From positions 10,282 to 74,281 of the forward strand of contig JAFDHF010000003.1 of assembly GCA_019308905.1 (NCBI GenBank): DNA of 64,000 nucleotides. The letters are read 5' to 3'. The notes under the pieces were generated by a model. That model was not told where the DNA came from. It saw only the letters and a program-made list of their open reading frames with translations, and did no database searches. Origin of the DNA: Deltaproteobacteria bacterium (GTDB lineage Bacteria > Desulfobacterota > BSN033 > WVXP01). The translations under genes were made by a program, and so were the position numbers. Below, in pieces: positions 17,859 through 27,098 of the stretch. Position 1 is the first letter of the stretch, and every line of letters starts with the position of its first letter.

Positions 17859-18842
17859 ATGCAAGGGCCGAAGATATTCTACTTCTGCTATGACCACCAG
17901 AACCCCACAGGGGGGCAGAAACAGGTATACAGACATGTGGACATCCTCAACGGCCACGGCCGTCAGGCCTTTGTGCTCCATCTGGAGAGAGGATTTAGGC
18001 TCACCTGGTTCGACAACACGACCCGGGCGATCAGCCTGGACGAATTCAAGGGGACCTACCAGGCCGACAGGGACGTACTGGTTATTCCAGAGGATCTGGG
18101 TGAGAGGATCCTCGCATTCCCGGGCCGAAAGGTCATTTTCAACCAGAACTGCTACTACGGGTTCTCCTGTTTCGGTCTCCGGGAGCCCGAGATCTACCCG
18201 TACCTACACCCTGACATAATAGGCGTGTTCGTGGTATCGGATCATAACCGGGAATATCTGAGTTTTGCCTATCCTCGGTTGAAGATTCACCGGGTCTACT
18301 ATGGAATAGATCCGGAGAGATTCGCCTATCGGCCTCTGAAGGAAAAGAAGAAAATGATAGCCTGCCTCCCGGCCAAGAACTCTATGGAGGTTGCACAGGT
18401 TTATCACCAACTGATTTCCAGATCGAAACAGGCTCTGAACGTACTGGAGGACTATGAATGGGTTTTTATCCAAAATCGATCCGAGACAGAGGTGACCAGA
18501 ATACTCGGAGACGCCTTGCTGTTTATCTTTTTGAGCACGAATGAGGGCTTCGGGCTCATGCCCCTCGAGGCTATGGCCTCCGGGAGTCTGGTTGTTGCTT
18601 ACGATTCTGGCGCTTCGTCGGAATTCCTTGGCCCCTCGAACTCGTTTCTTTCTGCACCGGGCGATGTGTTGGGTATCGTAAGGACTGTGGAGCGAATCAC
18701 TTCTCTCTTCCCCGGCGATACGCGGGAACTGCAAGCGGTGAGCGAGGCAGCCCTGAGAGGGGCACGTGAATACTCGCTCCAGAGAGAGATCGAAAGCGTG
18801 GTCGCAGCGTGGCAAGAGATCACAGGAGAAATCCGCCCTTGA
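17859..18842 (+). CDS. GT4-like glycosyltransferase
   Basis: FLSTNEGFGLMPLEAMASGSLVVAYDSGASSEF is the E-x7-E retaining GT-B motif. Confidence 0.7.
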   Translation: MQGPKIFYFCYDHQNPTGGQKQVYRHVDILNGHGRQAFVLHLERGFRLTWFDNTTRAISLDEFKGTYQADRDVLVIPEDLGERILAFPGRKVIFNQNCYYGFSCFGLREPEIYPYLHPDIIGVFVVSDHNREYLSFAYPRLKIHRVYYGIDPERFAYRPLKEKKKMIACLPAKNSMEVAQVYHQLISRSKQALNVLEDYEWVFIQNRSETEVTRILGDALLFIFLSTNEGFGLMPLEAMASGSLVVAYDSGASSEFLGPSNSFLSAPGDVLGIVRTVERITSLFPGDTRELQAVSEAALRGAREYSLQREIESVVAAWQEITGEIRP

Positions 18843-19095
18843 GACGGGGACGACATGATCGGATCTGCACCCGGCTCGGCAAGGCGTTCCGTCTTTCCGA
18901 TGTGAATGGCCATCGCTTTCCTGGAGCGAGGATTTCTCGCCTCGCGGGAGGGAGGAACGATCTTCCCAGGGGTTGTCAAGGGGCCGGCCTCGGATGTCAA
19001 TAACCCGTACGGGTGACTCTCTGCTTTTCTGATCAATTTCCTCCTCGGCCAGACTTCTTTGGCCTTCCGGTCTTCCGTGGTGAACAGCCCCCAGT

Positions 19096-19111
19096 GGCAC
19101 ACTAATTGCTT
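19096..19111 (+). promoter_or_regulatory. Sigma-54 (RpoN) -24/-12 promoter
   Basis: TGGCAC-actaa-TTGCT is an exact match to consensus TGGCAC-N5-TTGCW. It lies 42 nt upstream of the NusG-paralog start. Confidence 0.6.
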
Positions 19112-19120
19112 TTCCACTCA

Positions 19121-19135
19121 CTGAATGGACAGTTG
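19121..19135 (+). promoter_or_regulatory. Leader motif ACTGAATGGACAGTT (first of three TGAATGGA copies)
   Basis: TGAATGGA(C/T)(A/G)GT recurs at 19896-19909 and 20057-20070. GGGACGA(A/C)(G/A)TG recurs at 18847-18858, 19777-19789 and 19977-19989. Together these define three degenerate tandem units in untranslated leaders. Confidence 0.35.
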
Positions 19136-19152
19136 GGTTTCAGTCGGGCGTA

Positions 19153-19713
19153 TTGGCTATGCCGCGAAGTGTCGAGGAATATCCACGGATCAGCTTTCCT
19201 GAGGATGTGCTGGAGCACCGGGTTGACGGCGAGCTATGGTGGGTGGCTCACACCAAGAGCAGGAGGGAAAAGGCGCTTGCCGTTTTGCTGGAGAGGCAGA
19301 GAATCGGGTACTTCCTGCCCCTGATGAAAAAGCGTTACCGGAGCAGTGGCCGGGCCAGAATATCCATAGTTCCCATGTTTTCGGGATATGCCTTTTTCAA
19401 AGGTTCGAGATTGGACCGCTATCATGCTTTGAAGACCGGTCATGTTGCCAACGTTCTCGAGGTCTCTGACCAGCAGCAACTGGTCAGGGAGCTGAAGCAG
19501 ATTCAAAAGGCAATCTGTCTGGATGCCCCGGTTGAACCCTTCCCTTTTGTGAAGCAGGGAAACAGGGTGAGGGTGGTTGATGGACCCTTCATGGGGCTCG
19601 AAGGGGTCATTGAGAGGCGCAAGAGGTCGGACCGGCTGATCCTGTCTGTCGATACCATCAGACGGTCAGTCGCCCTCGAAATCGACGCGGATAGTGTCGA
19701 ACCGGTTTCCTGA
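19153..19713 (+). CDS. NusG-paralog transcription antiterminator (UpxY/LoaP/TaA-like; NGN + KOW)
   Basis: NGN-type N-terminus (WWVAHTKSRREKALAVLLERQRIGYFLPL...). KOW-like C-terminus (VRVVDGPFMGLEGVIER). 186 aa is too short for housekeeping NusG, and the gene sits at the head of a polysaccharide-type locus. Confidence 0.7.
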   Translation: MAMPRSVEEYPRISFPEDVLEHRVDGELWWVAHTKSRREKALAVLLERQRIGYFLPLMKKRYRSSGRARISIVPMFSGYAFFKGSRLDRYHALKTGHVANVLEVSDQQQLVRELKQIQKAICLDAPVEPFPFVKQGNRVRVVDGPFMGLEGVIERRKRSDRLILSVDTIRRSVALEIDADSVEPVS

Positions 19714-20086
19714 GAACCACCTTCCACGATCCATCGATGCCTACAACGCAAGGGTTTTGACAAACTCTGACATCGAAGGGGACGAAGTGCAGCCAGGCAG
19801 TGCGTGGTGGTATCGAAAGATGGGCCGCAGGGCACCTTTCTTCTCAGCCAAAGGGGCTCAAGTGGGACCTGATTCCTGCCGATAATGACCATATAGTGAA
19901 TGGACGGTCGGCTGTCCATCTCCAGTACGATCTCAGAATTTCTCCCGCGGACTGCAACACCCAAAGGTACAGCGAAAGGGACGAAGTGTGTTCCCCCGGC
20001 GCCGTTAGGAACGGTATTGTCGACCGAGACATCTCTCTTTCCAGGGTAACCATGTAGTGAATGGATAGTCTCTTCAAGGAAGCGAA

Positions 20087-20707
20087 ATGATAAACGGAGA
20101 ATCGAGATTTTTCGTACCCAGCAAGCTCCTGAGGACTCTGCATGTTTTGACCGAGATAGGGCGGCAACCCGACATCAGCCAGCACCAGCTTGCGTTGCGG
20201 GCCAGACTGAGCAGCTCGCAAATCAACAACTACGTCAAAGAACTGAAGGCCAAGGGCCTGGTCAATACCAAGGGCAATACGAACCGGACGATGCGCTATC
20301 TCCTGACTCCTGAAGGGCATCGGACGAGATCTTCGCTGCTGGTGGCATACTCGGTGGATGTGATTCAGCTTTACTCCCGGGTGAAGAGGGAATTCGCGGC
20401 AAAATTGCAGCAGATCTTCGACGAGGGATTGGCCAGGGTCATTCTCTTTGGGGCTGCAGAAACCGGGGAGTTGGCTTTGACCGCCTCGAGGGAAACTGAT
20501 CTGGACGTCATCGGTATTTCCGACAACGACCCGCTGAAACACGGTAAACCCTTCGGAGATCTGAGGATCATCCCTCCTTCGGAAATAGAGGGTTTGAACC
20601 CGGATGGAATCGTCATTACTTCCTTTGGACGGTTGGGAGAAATCCTCGAGAGCCTGCGGTTCTTGGAGAAAAAGGGGATAGCCATGAGGAGCCTCACTGA
20701 TGAATAG
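20087..20707 (+). CDS. Winged-helix regulator with C-terminal Rossmann-like (PglD/NeuD-N-like, Rex-like architecture) domain
   Basis: N-terminus is MarR/wHTH-like (ISQHQLALRARLSSSQINNYVKELKAKGLV). C-terminus RVILFGAAETGELAL...DVIGISDNDPLKHGKPFGDLRIIP...DGIVITS resembles the NeuD/PglD N-terminal nucleotide-binding fold. Confidence 0.55.
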   Translation: MINGESRFFVPSKLLRTLHVLTEIGRQPDISQHQLALRARLSSSQINNYVKELKAKGLVNTKGNTNRTMRYLLTPEGHRTRSSLLVAYSVDVIQLYSRVKREFAAKLQQIFDEGLARVILFGAAETGELALTASRETDLDVIGISDNDPLKHGKPFGDLRIIPPSEIEGLNPDGIVITSFGRLGEILESLRFLEKKGIAMRSLTDE

Positions 20708-20749
20708 ACACTGCCCGGAAGAGCACCCCGGGGTGACAGGAAAGAGGCC

Positions 20750-22276
20750 ATGAAGGGAATGGACAAGATTAGAGTTTTTGTAATGGATTGCGACGGCGTC
20801 CTTACGGACGGGACGATTTATTACGGCAAAGACGGGGAGAGCCTGAGGAAGTTCAACACGAGGGACGGCATGGCGATCGAATTACTCCGGCGACACAATG
20901 TCCGGACTGCCCTCGTTTCCGGCGAGGACTCTGCCGCCATCTCGCAGAGGGCTGAAAAGCTTCGGATCGACAGGATATGGCTGGGGGTGAAGGACAAGAA
21001 AGGGGTATTGCGAGAGCTGGAGAGAACCTTCGATGTTTGTGCAGAAGAGATTGCCTACATCGGTGACGACATCAATGACATAGAGCTCATGAAATCAGTC
21101 GGCTTCCCCATTGCCGTAGCCGATGCCAGCCCCAAAGTCAAGAATGTGGCGACCTATGTCACCAGGGCGGCCGGGGGCCGTGGCGCGGTTCGGGAGGCGA
21201 TCGAACTCCTCCTGGATGAGAGGGCGAAGAAGGCCATCGATGTGGCGGGTCGTCTGATCGGTGAATCGCAACCGTGCTTTCTGATAGCCGAAATCGGAAA
21301 CAACCACCAAGGAGAGGTCGAACTGGCCAGGACATTGATCGACATATCCGGCGAGGCGGGAGTGGACGCGGTCAAATTCCAAAAGAGAGACAATCGAACC
21401 CTCTTGACCCGGGAGGGGTTTCACAAATCCTACGGGGGAACCCATAGCTTCGGCAGGACCTACGGCCAACACCGGGAATATCTGGAACTGAGCAAGGATG
21501 ATTTCGCCTCTCTGAAGGAATACGCCGAATCCAAAGGTCTCATATTCTTCTCGTCGGTCTGGGACGAAAAGAGTGTGGATGTCCTGGAATCGATCGGTGT
21601 TGCCCTCTATAAGATTCCCTCTGCCGATCTCACCAATATCAGGCTCGTGGAGAAGGTCGCCGAGATCGGGAAGCCTACCATACTCTCCACGGGCATGAGC
21701 TTCCTCCATGAGATCGACTCCGCTGTGCACCTCTTTCTCAAGAGGAACGAAAACCTCATCCTGATGCACTGTGTAAGCGTCTATCCTCATCCACCGGCCC
21801 TGGCGAACATGAGAGTCATCGAGACCCTGAGACAGCGGTATCATCTCCCGGTTGGGTATTCTTCGCACGAGGAGGGTATTCTCGTGACCAGCGCCGCTCC
21901 GCTCCTCGGTGCTGTTGCGATAGAGAAGCACGTTACCCTGGACCGGAATATGAGAGGGAGTGACCACAGGGCCTCGATCGAAAAGGAGGAACTGGTCAGG
22001 ATGGTGAGCCTGATCCGCCTCTACGACAAGGCTCGGGGGGATGGAATCAAGACTCTCCTGCCCGATGAGATTGAATCGAGAAAAAAGCTCGGCAAAAGCA
22101 TCGTTGCCAAAAGGGACATCGAGAAGGGTGAGGTACTCAACTGGAGGAACATCACCTACAGATGCGCCAACAACGGGATGTACACCCTGGATTTGAAGGA
22201 CGTCCTTGGCAAGGTCAGCTCTTGCAACATCAAGCGTGACGAGTTGATAAGCGAAAGGGTGATCGCCAATCCATGA
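20750..22276 (+). CDS. Bifunctional KdsC-type HAD phosphatase :: NeuB-family nonulosonate synthase (with SAF domain)
   Basis: Residues 1-165 match KDO-8-P phosphatase (VMDCDGVLTDG...GDDINDIELMK...TRAAGGRGAVREAIELLL). The remainder matches NeuB/PseI (CFLIAEIGNNHQG...VDAVKFQK..., C-terminal SAF). Confidence 0.85.
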   Translation: MKGMDKIRVFVMDCDGVLTDGTIYYGKDGESLRKFNTRDGMAIELLRRHNVRTALVSGEDSAAISQRAEKLRIDRIWLGVKDKKGVLRELERTFDVCAEEIAYIGDDINDIELMKSVGFPIAVADASPKVKNVATYVTRAAGGRGAVREAIELLLDERAKKAIDVAGRLIGESQPCFLIAEIGNNHQGEVELARTLIDISGEAGVDAVKFQKRDNRTLLTREGFHKSYGGTHSFGRTYGQHREYLELSKDDFASLKEYAESKGLIFFSSVWDEKSVDVLESIGVALYKIPSADLTNIRLVEKVAEIGKPTILSTGMSFLHEIDSAVHLFLKRNENLILMHCVSVYPHPPALANMRVIETLRQRYHLPVGYSSHEEGILVTSAAPLLGAVAIEKHVTLDRNMRGSDHRASIEKEELVRMVSLIRLYDKARGDGIKTLLPDEIESRKKLGKSIVAKRDIEKGEVLNWRNITYRCANNGMYTLDLKDVLGKVSSCNIKRDELISERVIANP

Positions 22277-23229
22277 AGATCATTCACTTTGCCATCAACG
22301 ATCCAGCAGGAGCCGCCATCGCTTTCGTGAAGGCCATCAACCGGTACACTCCCCACCGGGCAAGGCTCGTCACCTGGGAGATTCGGTACAACTTCATGTT
22401 CGAAAAGGATTTTCACATTCCCTGGATGGACAAACAGGCCCTCGAGTTTCTCTATGAAGAGATGTGGGAGGCGGACATCTTCCACTTCCACATGCTTATC
22501 GACGAAACCCATCCTGTGGGCGGGTTCAGAATCTCCGATTTTGCCAATTGTAAGAAAATCCTCCACCACCACCACGGCCATCCGGATTTCAGAGCGAATC
22601 CCGACAAGTACAGGAAGAAGTACCGAAATCCGAAAAGAAGGGTCTTAGCCAGTACTCCCGACCTACTGCACCTTATCCCTGAGGCGCTGTGGCAACCCAA
22701 TCTGGTTCCGATCAACGACCATTCCTACCTGCCTGCGTGCGATTCCAACAACGGCGTCGTGAAGGTAGGCCAGGCACCGACGCGGAAGGATCTGAAGAAC
22801 ACGGCGGAGTTGGTTCGGGTCGCGAGCAGGCTCCGATCGGCCGTAGGCCAGTCAAGGCTGGAACTGGAGATCATCGAGAATTGCCTCCACAGGGATTGCC
22901 TGGAGAGAAAGAAGCGGTGCGACATCATCTTTGATCACATGCAGGGTTACTACGGGGTCTCATCCTTGGAATCCCTGAGCCAGGGCAAACCTGTGATAGC
23001 GGGCTTGGACGATTGGAACGCGGGATGGATCAAAAAGTTCGCGGAGTCAAGTGATCTGCCCTGGGTTTTGGCCCGGAATCAGGACGAACTCGAGGGACAG
23101 CTCTTGAGGCTTGTAGAAGACCCGGACCTGCGCGTTGAAATCGGCTGCAAAAGCAGGAGGTTCATGGAGGAACACTGGACCGAAAAGCAGGTGCTCAAAC
23201 CCCTTTTGGAGGTCTATGCATCTCTTTGA
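22273..23229 (+). CDS. Hypothetical protein, GT-B-like glycosyltransferase fold (possible HP-motif transferase)
   Basis: No strong family signature. Rossmann-like halves; His-rich HHHHGHP segment. ATGA overlap with the upstream synthase gene. Confidence 0.4.
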   Translation: MKIIHFAINDPAGAAIAFVKAINRYTPHRARLVTWEIRYNFMFEKDFHIPWMDKQALEFLYEEMWEADIFHFHMLIDETHPVGGFRISDFANCKKILHHHHGHPDFRANPDKYRKKYRNPKRRVLASTPDLLHLIPEALWQPNLVPINDHSYLPACDSNNGVVKVGQAPTRKDLKNTAELVRVASRLRSAVGQSRLELEIIENCLHRDCLERKKRCDIIFDHMQGYYGVSSLESLSQGKPVIAGLDDWNAGWIKKFAESSDLPWVLARNQDELEGQLLRLVEDPDLRVEIGCKSRRFMEEHWTEKQVLKPLLEVYASL

Positions 23230-23348
23230 GAGGGCGTTATCAAGAGGTTGAAGGCCTTGGTCCAGCACGGAGATTTCACCGCTTATCGGAATCCACCTCT
23301 TCTGGCAGTGAATTCCTCACCTCACCACTTTGCATAGGAGTCGATGCG

Positions 23349-24032
23349 ATGGCAACGCCCCGCCGAGTCACAGAGAGCGAGGAATACACCTTTACCGATC
23401 TCGAGAAACACTTTACAGAAACACTCTGTGTAAGAGACTATGGAGCCCGGTACCTTTCCTATCTGGCCGACCTGATGGTACGTGTTGATCTGCAAGCGGT
23501 AGAAAACATCACGGATGTTCTCGTCGAGGCCGGAGAGCGGGGCAACACGATTTATTCCATTGGAAACGGCGGCAGTGCTGCCACGGCCTCCCACTTTGTC
23601 AATGACATCACCATCGGCACAAGAACCAGGGGATCGAAACCCATCAGAGCTTACAGCTTGGCCGACAACCTGCCGGCTCTGACCGCCCTTGCCAACGATG
23701 AGGGATACCCCAGTGTTTTTGTCAGGCAGTTAGAAGGTCTGTTGCAACCCGGAGATGTGGTCATCGCTTTTTCGGTGAGTGGGAATTCGAGAAATATCCT
23801 GGAAGCCTTGAGATATGCCAAGCAGCACCTAGCCATCACAATCGGTTTGACAGGGTTTGACGGTGGCCGGATGCTCGAAATCGCGGATATGACTCTGCAT
23901 ATTCCGACTCGCCCCGGCGAGTATGGACCGGCAGAGGATCTGTTCACGGTTCTGACCCATCTCATTTGCAGCTACATAAGGCTCGACCGGGAGGCTGCTC
24001 TGCGGCCTTTACAGAGTGAGCAGAGGCATTGA
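23349..24032 (+). CDS. SIS-domain sugar-phosphate isomerase, GmhA (sedoheptulose-7-P isomerase)-like
   Basis: IYSIGNGGSAATASHFVNDI and VIAFSVSGNSRNILEAL are GmhA-type SIS motifs. ATG 23349 with AGGAG 8 nt upstream. The ORF-track start at 23226 is less likely. Confidence 0.75.
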   Translation: MATPRRVTESEEYTFTDLEKHFTETLCVRDYGARYLSYLADLMVRVDLQAVENITDVLVEAGERGNTIYSIGNGGSAATASHFVNDITIGTRTRGSKPIRAYSLADNLPALTALANDEGYPSVFVRQLEGLLQPGDVVIAFSVSGNSRNILEALRYAKQHLAITIGLTGFDGGRMLEIADMTLHIPTRPGEYGPAEDLFTVLTHLICSYIRLDREAALRPLQSEQRH

Positions 24033-24126
24033 GCACATCCGGGTTTTCCGAGCTTGTCCCTTGCCCTGATCAAGGTCCGCGAGTGGTCGATAGCCATGTA
24101 CTGGCCTGGATAAGAGGAATCCTCCC

Positions 24127-24774
24127 GTGAATATTGTTTCGTTCATTCCCGCCAGAGGCGCCTCCAAGGGGGTCCCGGGAAAGAACAAGAAGATTCTCGG
24201 CAACAAGCCTCTTGTCGCCTGGACGGTGGAGGATGCCTTGGAGAGTGAACTCATCGATAGGGTCGTCGTGTCGACCGAGGACGAGGAGATTTCGAGAATC
24301 GCAAGAAAGTGGGGGGCAGAAGTCATCCCCAGGCCCAAAGAACTTGCCACCGACACGGCGGACCTCCAGGATGCCGTCGAGTTCACCCTGAACAGGTTGC
24401 GGGAGAACGGTTATGACCCGGACTACATGGTTGCGATGTTTCCGACTTCGCCTTTCAGGAGAAGAGGGCTTGTCGACTCGGCCATCAGGATGGCCTTGGA
24501 CAATCCCGACATCTGCTATGTCCATTCCCTGAAGCGTGTCGATTTCGATTTGGAGGATCTCGTCGATTCCGATGGGACTCCTTACATGTCCCATGAGGTC
24601 GCAAGGGATCTCAGGGGTTGCGTCTTTTCCACGAAGATGAACTTTGGGGTCGAGAGGATGCGTGAGGGGCCGGCGGGGAGGCGTGGGATCATCCTGCTCC
24701 CGGACGAATCGATAGACATCGATCTGCCCCGAGACTGGGAAGCCGCCGAAAGGGCATGTGCGAGATGGCTGTGA
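24127..24774 (+). CDS. NeuA-like acylneuraminate (nonulosonate) cytidylyltransferase (CMP-sugar synthetase)
   Basis: IVSFIPARGASKGVPGKNKKILGNKPLVAWTVEDA is the CTP_transf_3 signature. GTG start. Confidence 0.8.
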   Translation: MNIVSFIPARGASKGVPGKNKKILGNKPLVAWTVEDALESELIDRVVVSTEDEEISRIARKWGAEVIPRPKELATDTADLQDAVEFTLNRLRENGYDPDYMVAMFPTSPFRRRGLVDSAIRMALDNPDICYVHSLKRVDFDLEDLVDSDGTPYMSHEVARDLRGCVFSTKMNFGVERMREGPAGRRGIILLPDESIDIDLPRDWEAAERACARWL

Positions 24775-25214
24775 AGCGGATTGAGATCGATTTCGGGAAA
24801 ATAGGGAAACCCCTCAGGCTCCGCGTCAGGCAATGGGTCAGGCAGCAAGGGATCACCCCCCCTTGTCTACTCGTCGGCAGGGGTGTCGCCATCCCGGAAG
24901 AGACGCTGAACGATTGGGAGTCATGGGGATACAATCTCATGTCAGCCGTCCCGGCTCCTGATCACCCCTTTCTTTTTGCCAAGCAGGACCTCGAGACAGG
25001 AGAGATCTCATTCCCCTTCAGAAAAGACATCGGGAAGGGAAAGAGACGACAGGATCTGGAGCCTGTCTACCTCTTCGTAGAGGGCTTTGCCTTCATTCAC
25101 GAGATAGAAGCGCCTTTCAGACCTCTTGTTGTGTCCGGCGAGGTGCCGGCACCTGAAGATTACGGTTGCCAGGAGATTCACCTCCCCGCGCTCCTAGAAA
25201 TGGAAGCGGTGTAA
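24756..25214 (+). CDS. Hypothetical protein (152 aa)
   Basis: Fills the NeuA-AsnB gap. No recognisable motif; coding status uncertain. Confidence 0.35.
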   Translation: MCEMAVKRIEIDFGKIGKPLRLRVRQWVRQQGITPPCLLVGRGVAIPEETLNDWESWGYNLMSAVPAPDHPFLFAKQDLETGEISFPFRKDIGKGKRRQDLEPVYLFVEGFAFIHEIEAPFRPLVVSGEVPAPEDYGCQEIHLPALLEMEAV

Positions 25215-25217
25215 TAC

Positions 25218-27098
25218 ATGTGTGGAATTTGCGGCTATACGAGATCCCACAGGGATATTCCCGAGGGAATCATAGACGATATGAAGGATGCCCTTGTTCA
25301 CCGGGGACCGGACGAGGAGGGTACCTATGCGGATGACCAAATCGTTCTCGGCCATAGGAGGCTTTCCATCATAGACCTCGAAGGGGGGCGCCAGCCCATG
25401 GCCAGCGAGGACGGAAGGATCATCGTGGTATGCAATGGAGAGATATACAACTATGTGGAACTGAGAAAGTTCCTTGAACAGCGGGGACATCGGTTTTCCA
25501 GTCGATGCGATACGGAAATCCTCGTCCATCTTTTCGAAGAATACGGGATTGACATGGTCAGGCGGCTCACCGGGATGTTCGCAATGGCCGTCTGGGACTC
25601 CGGGGACCGGGCCCTCGTGCTCGTCCGGGACCGCTTCGGTCAGAAACCCCTGTACTATGCGGAAAGGGACGGGCAACTGATCTTCGCCTCGGAACTCGGA
25701 TCCCTTGTCAAACATCCCGGGATCGAGAAGAAGATCGACAAGACCGCGTTGAGCCGGTACCTCGCATACCAGTATGTTCCGGCCCCGTTCTCCATATACG
25801 AGGGGGTCTACAAGTTGGACGCCGGATCGTGTCTGGAATGGAAGCGTGGGAAAGTACGGACTTTCCGTTACTGGGATTTCCCGGTGGGTCGTTCCAACTT
25901 CGACGGGACGATCGACGAGTGCTGCTCGGAACTGTCGAGGCTGCTCGGTGATTCTGTCCGCCGGAGATTGATAAGCGATGTGCCGATCGGCGTCTTCCTC
26001 AGCGGCGGGGTCGATTCTACCGCGATCGTGGCCCTTATGGCTCGGCACATGCCTCCGCAGGCGATCAAGACCTTTTCGATCGGTTTTACCGAAAAGAGGT
26101 TTGATGAGTCGGCCTATGCCCGGTCCGTGGCCCGGTACTTCGGCACCGCCCACGAAGAGGAGATCCTGGAAGGCACGGATCTGATAGACATGCTCCCGAA
26201 GGTGGCCGAAGCCTATGACGAGCCCTTTGCAGATCCTTCTGCCATACCGACCTATCTGCTTTCGCGGTTTGCACGCCGTCACGTTATCGTGGCCCTGGGC
26301 GGCGACGGGGGAGACGAGCTCTTTGCGGGGTACGAGGCTTTTATCGGTCACCGGATTGCCAGGCTTTTCGAGTACCTACCGGACTCTCTCAGGAGAGGGG
26401 TTTTCCCCAGGTTGGCCGGCTTGTTCCCACCCTCTGACGGAAACATGAGTTTTCCCTTTGCGGCCAGACGGTTCTTCAGCCACCTCGAAGCCGACTCCGT
26501 GAGGAGGAACCAGCTTTGGCTGGGTGCGTTCGACTATGATTCGCAGAAAGAGCTGCTGGCGGGGGAGTTTTCGTCCGGTCTGGCCGATCCTTTCGACGAC
26601 GAGCGCAGGGACAACGAACGACTTCATTACCTCGATGCAGTGGCTTACTCCTACATCAGGACCTACCTCCAGGAAGACATACTCACCAAGGTCGACAGAG
26701 CGAGCATGGCCCACGGCCTCGAGGTGAGGGCCCCTTTCCTCGACCACGAATTCGGTGAGTTTGCCGGGTCGATACCCATGAGATGGAAGCTAAAGGGCTT
26801 GACGCCCAAGTACCTTCTCAAACGTGCAATGAGCGGTCTAATCCCGGGGGAGGTCCTGAAACGAAGGAAGAGGGGCTTTGCAATTCCAAGGTCCAAGTGG
26901 CTCAGGGAAGATCTGGGCCAGTGTCTCAGGGACTTGTTCACCGAGGAGAGGGTCAAGGAACAGGGCACATTCTCTTATACCTATGTTAGAAGACTCATGG
27001 AAGAGCATTTTGACCGGAAAAGCGATCATCAGAAGGAACTATGGACGCTTCTGATGTTCGAAATGTGGCGCGGCAAGCACGGCGGGAGCATGTCTTGA
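25218..27098 (+). CDS. Asparagine synthetase family glutamine amidotransferase (AsnB-like; likely sugar amidotransferase)
   Basis: MCGICGY... Ntn Cys2, then the full AsnB glutaminase domain and the synthetase domain (SGGVDSTAI). Confidence 0.9.
   Translation: MCGICGYTRSHRDIPEGIIDDMKDALVHRGPDEEGTYADDQIVLGHRRLSIIDLEGGRQPMASEDGRIIVVCNGEIYNYVELRKFLEQRGHRFSSRCDTEILVHLFEEYGIDMVRRLTGMFAMAVWDSGDRALVLVRDRFGQKPLYYAERDGQLIFASELGSLVKHPGIEKKIDKTALSRYLAYQYVPAPFSIYEGVYKLDAGSCLEWKRGKVRTFRYWDFPVGRSNFDGTIDECCSELSRLLGDSVRRRLISDVPIGVFLSGGVDSTAIVALMARHMPPQAIKTFSIGFTEKRFDESAYARSVARYFGTAHEEEILEGTDLIDMLPKVAEAYDEPFADPSAIPTYLLSRFARRHVIVALGGDGGDELFAGYEAFIGHRIARLFEYLPDSLRRGVFPRLAGLFPPSDGNMSFPFAARRFFSHLEADSVRRNQLWLGAFDYDSQKELLAGEFSSGLADPFDDERRDNERLHYLDAVAYSYIRTYLQEDILTKVDRASMAHGLEVRAPFLDHEFGEFAGSIPMRWKLKGLTPKYLLKRAMSGLIPGEVLKRRKRGFAIPRSKWLREDLGQCLRDLFTEERVKEQGTFSYTYVRRLMEEHFDRKSDHQKELWTLLMFEMWRGKHGGSMS

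Noticed and set aside
18996-19040. Palindrome ACCCGTACGGGT followed by a T-rich stretch after the GT4 gene, as a possible terminator
   Set aside because: The stem is only 5 bp with a 2-nt loop, which is not a stable intrinsic terminator. The T-run is short and interrupted.
22273-23229. Calling this gene a sialyltransferase or Maf homolog
   Set aside because: Only a vague GT-B-like pattern and a GHP segment. No DUF115 signature and no E-x7-E motif. Left as a hypothetical GT-like protein.
23226-23348. Upstream start (23226) for the SIS isomerase
   Set aside because: It adds a 41-aa non-conserved extension and overlaps the upstream gene's last codons. ATG 23349 has a well-placed AGGAG RBS and gives a GmhA-sized product.
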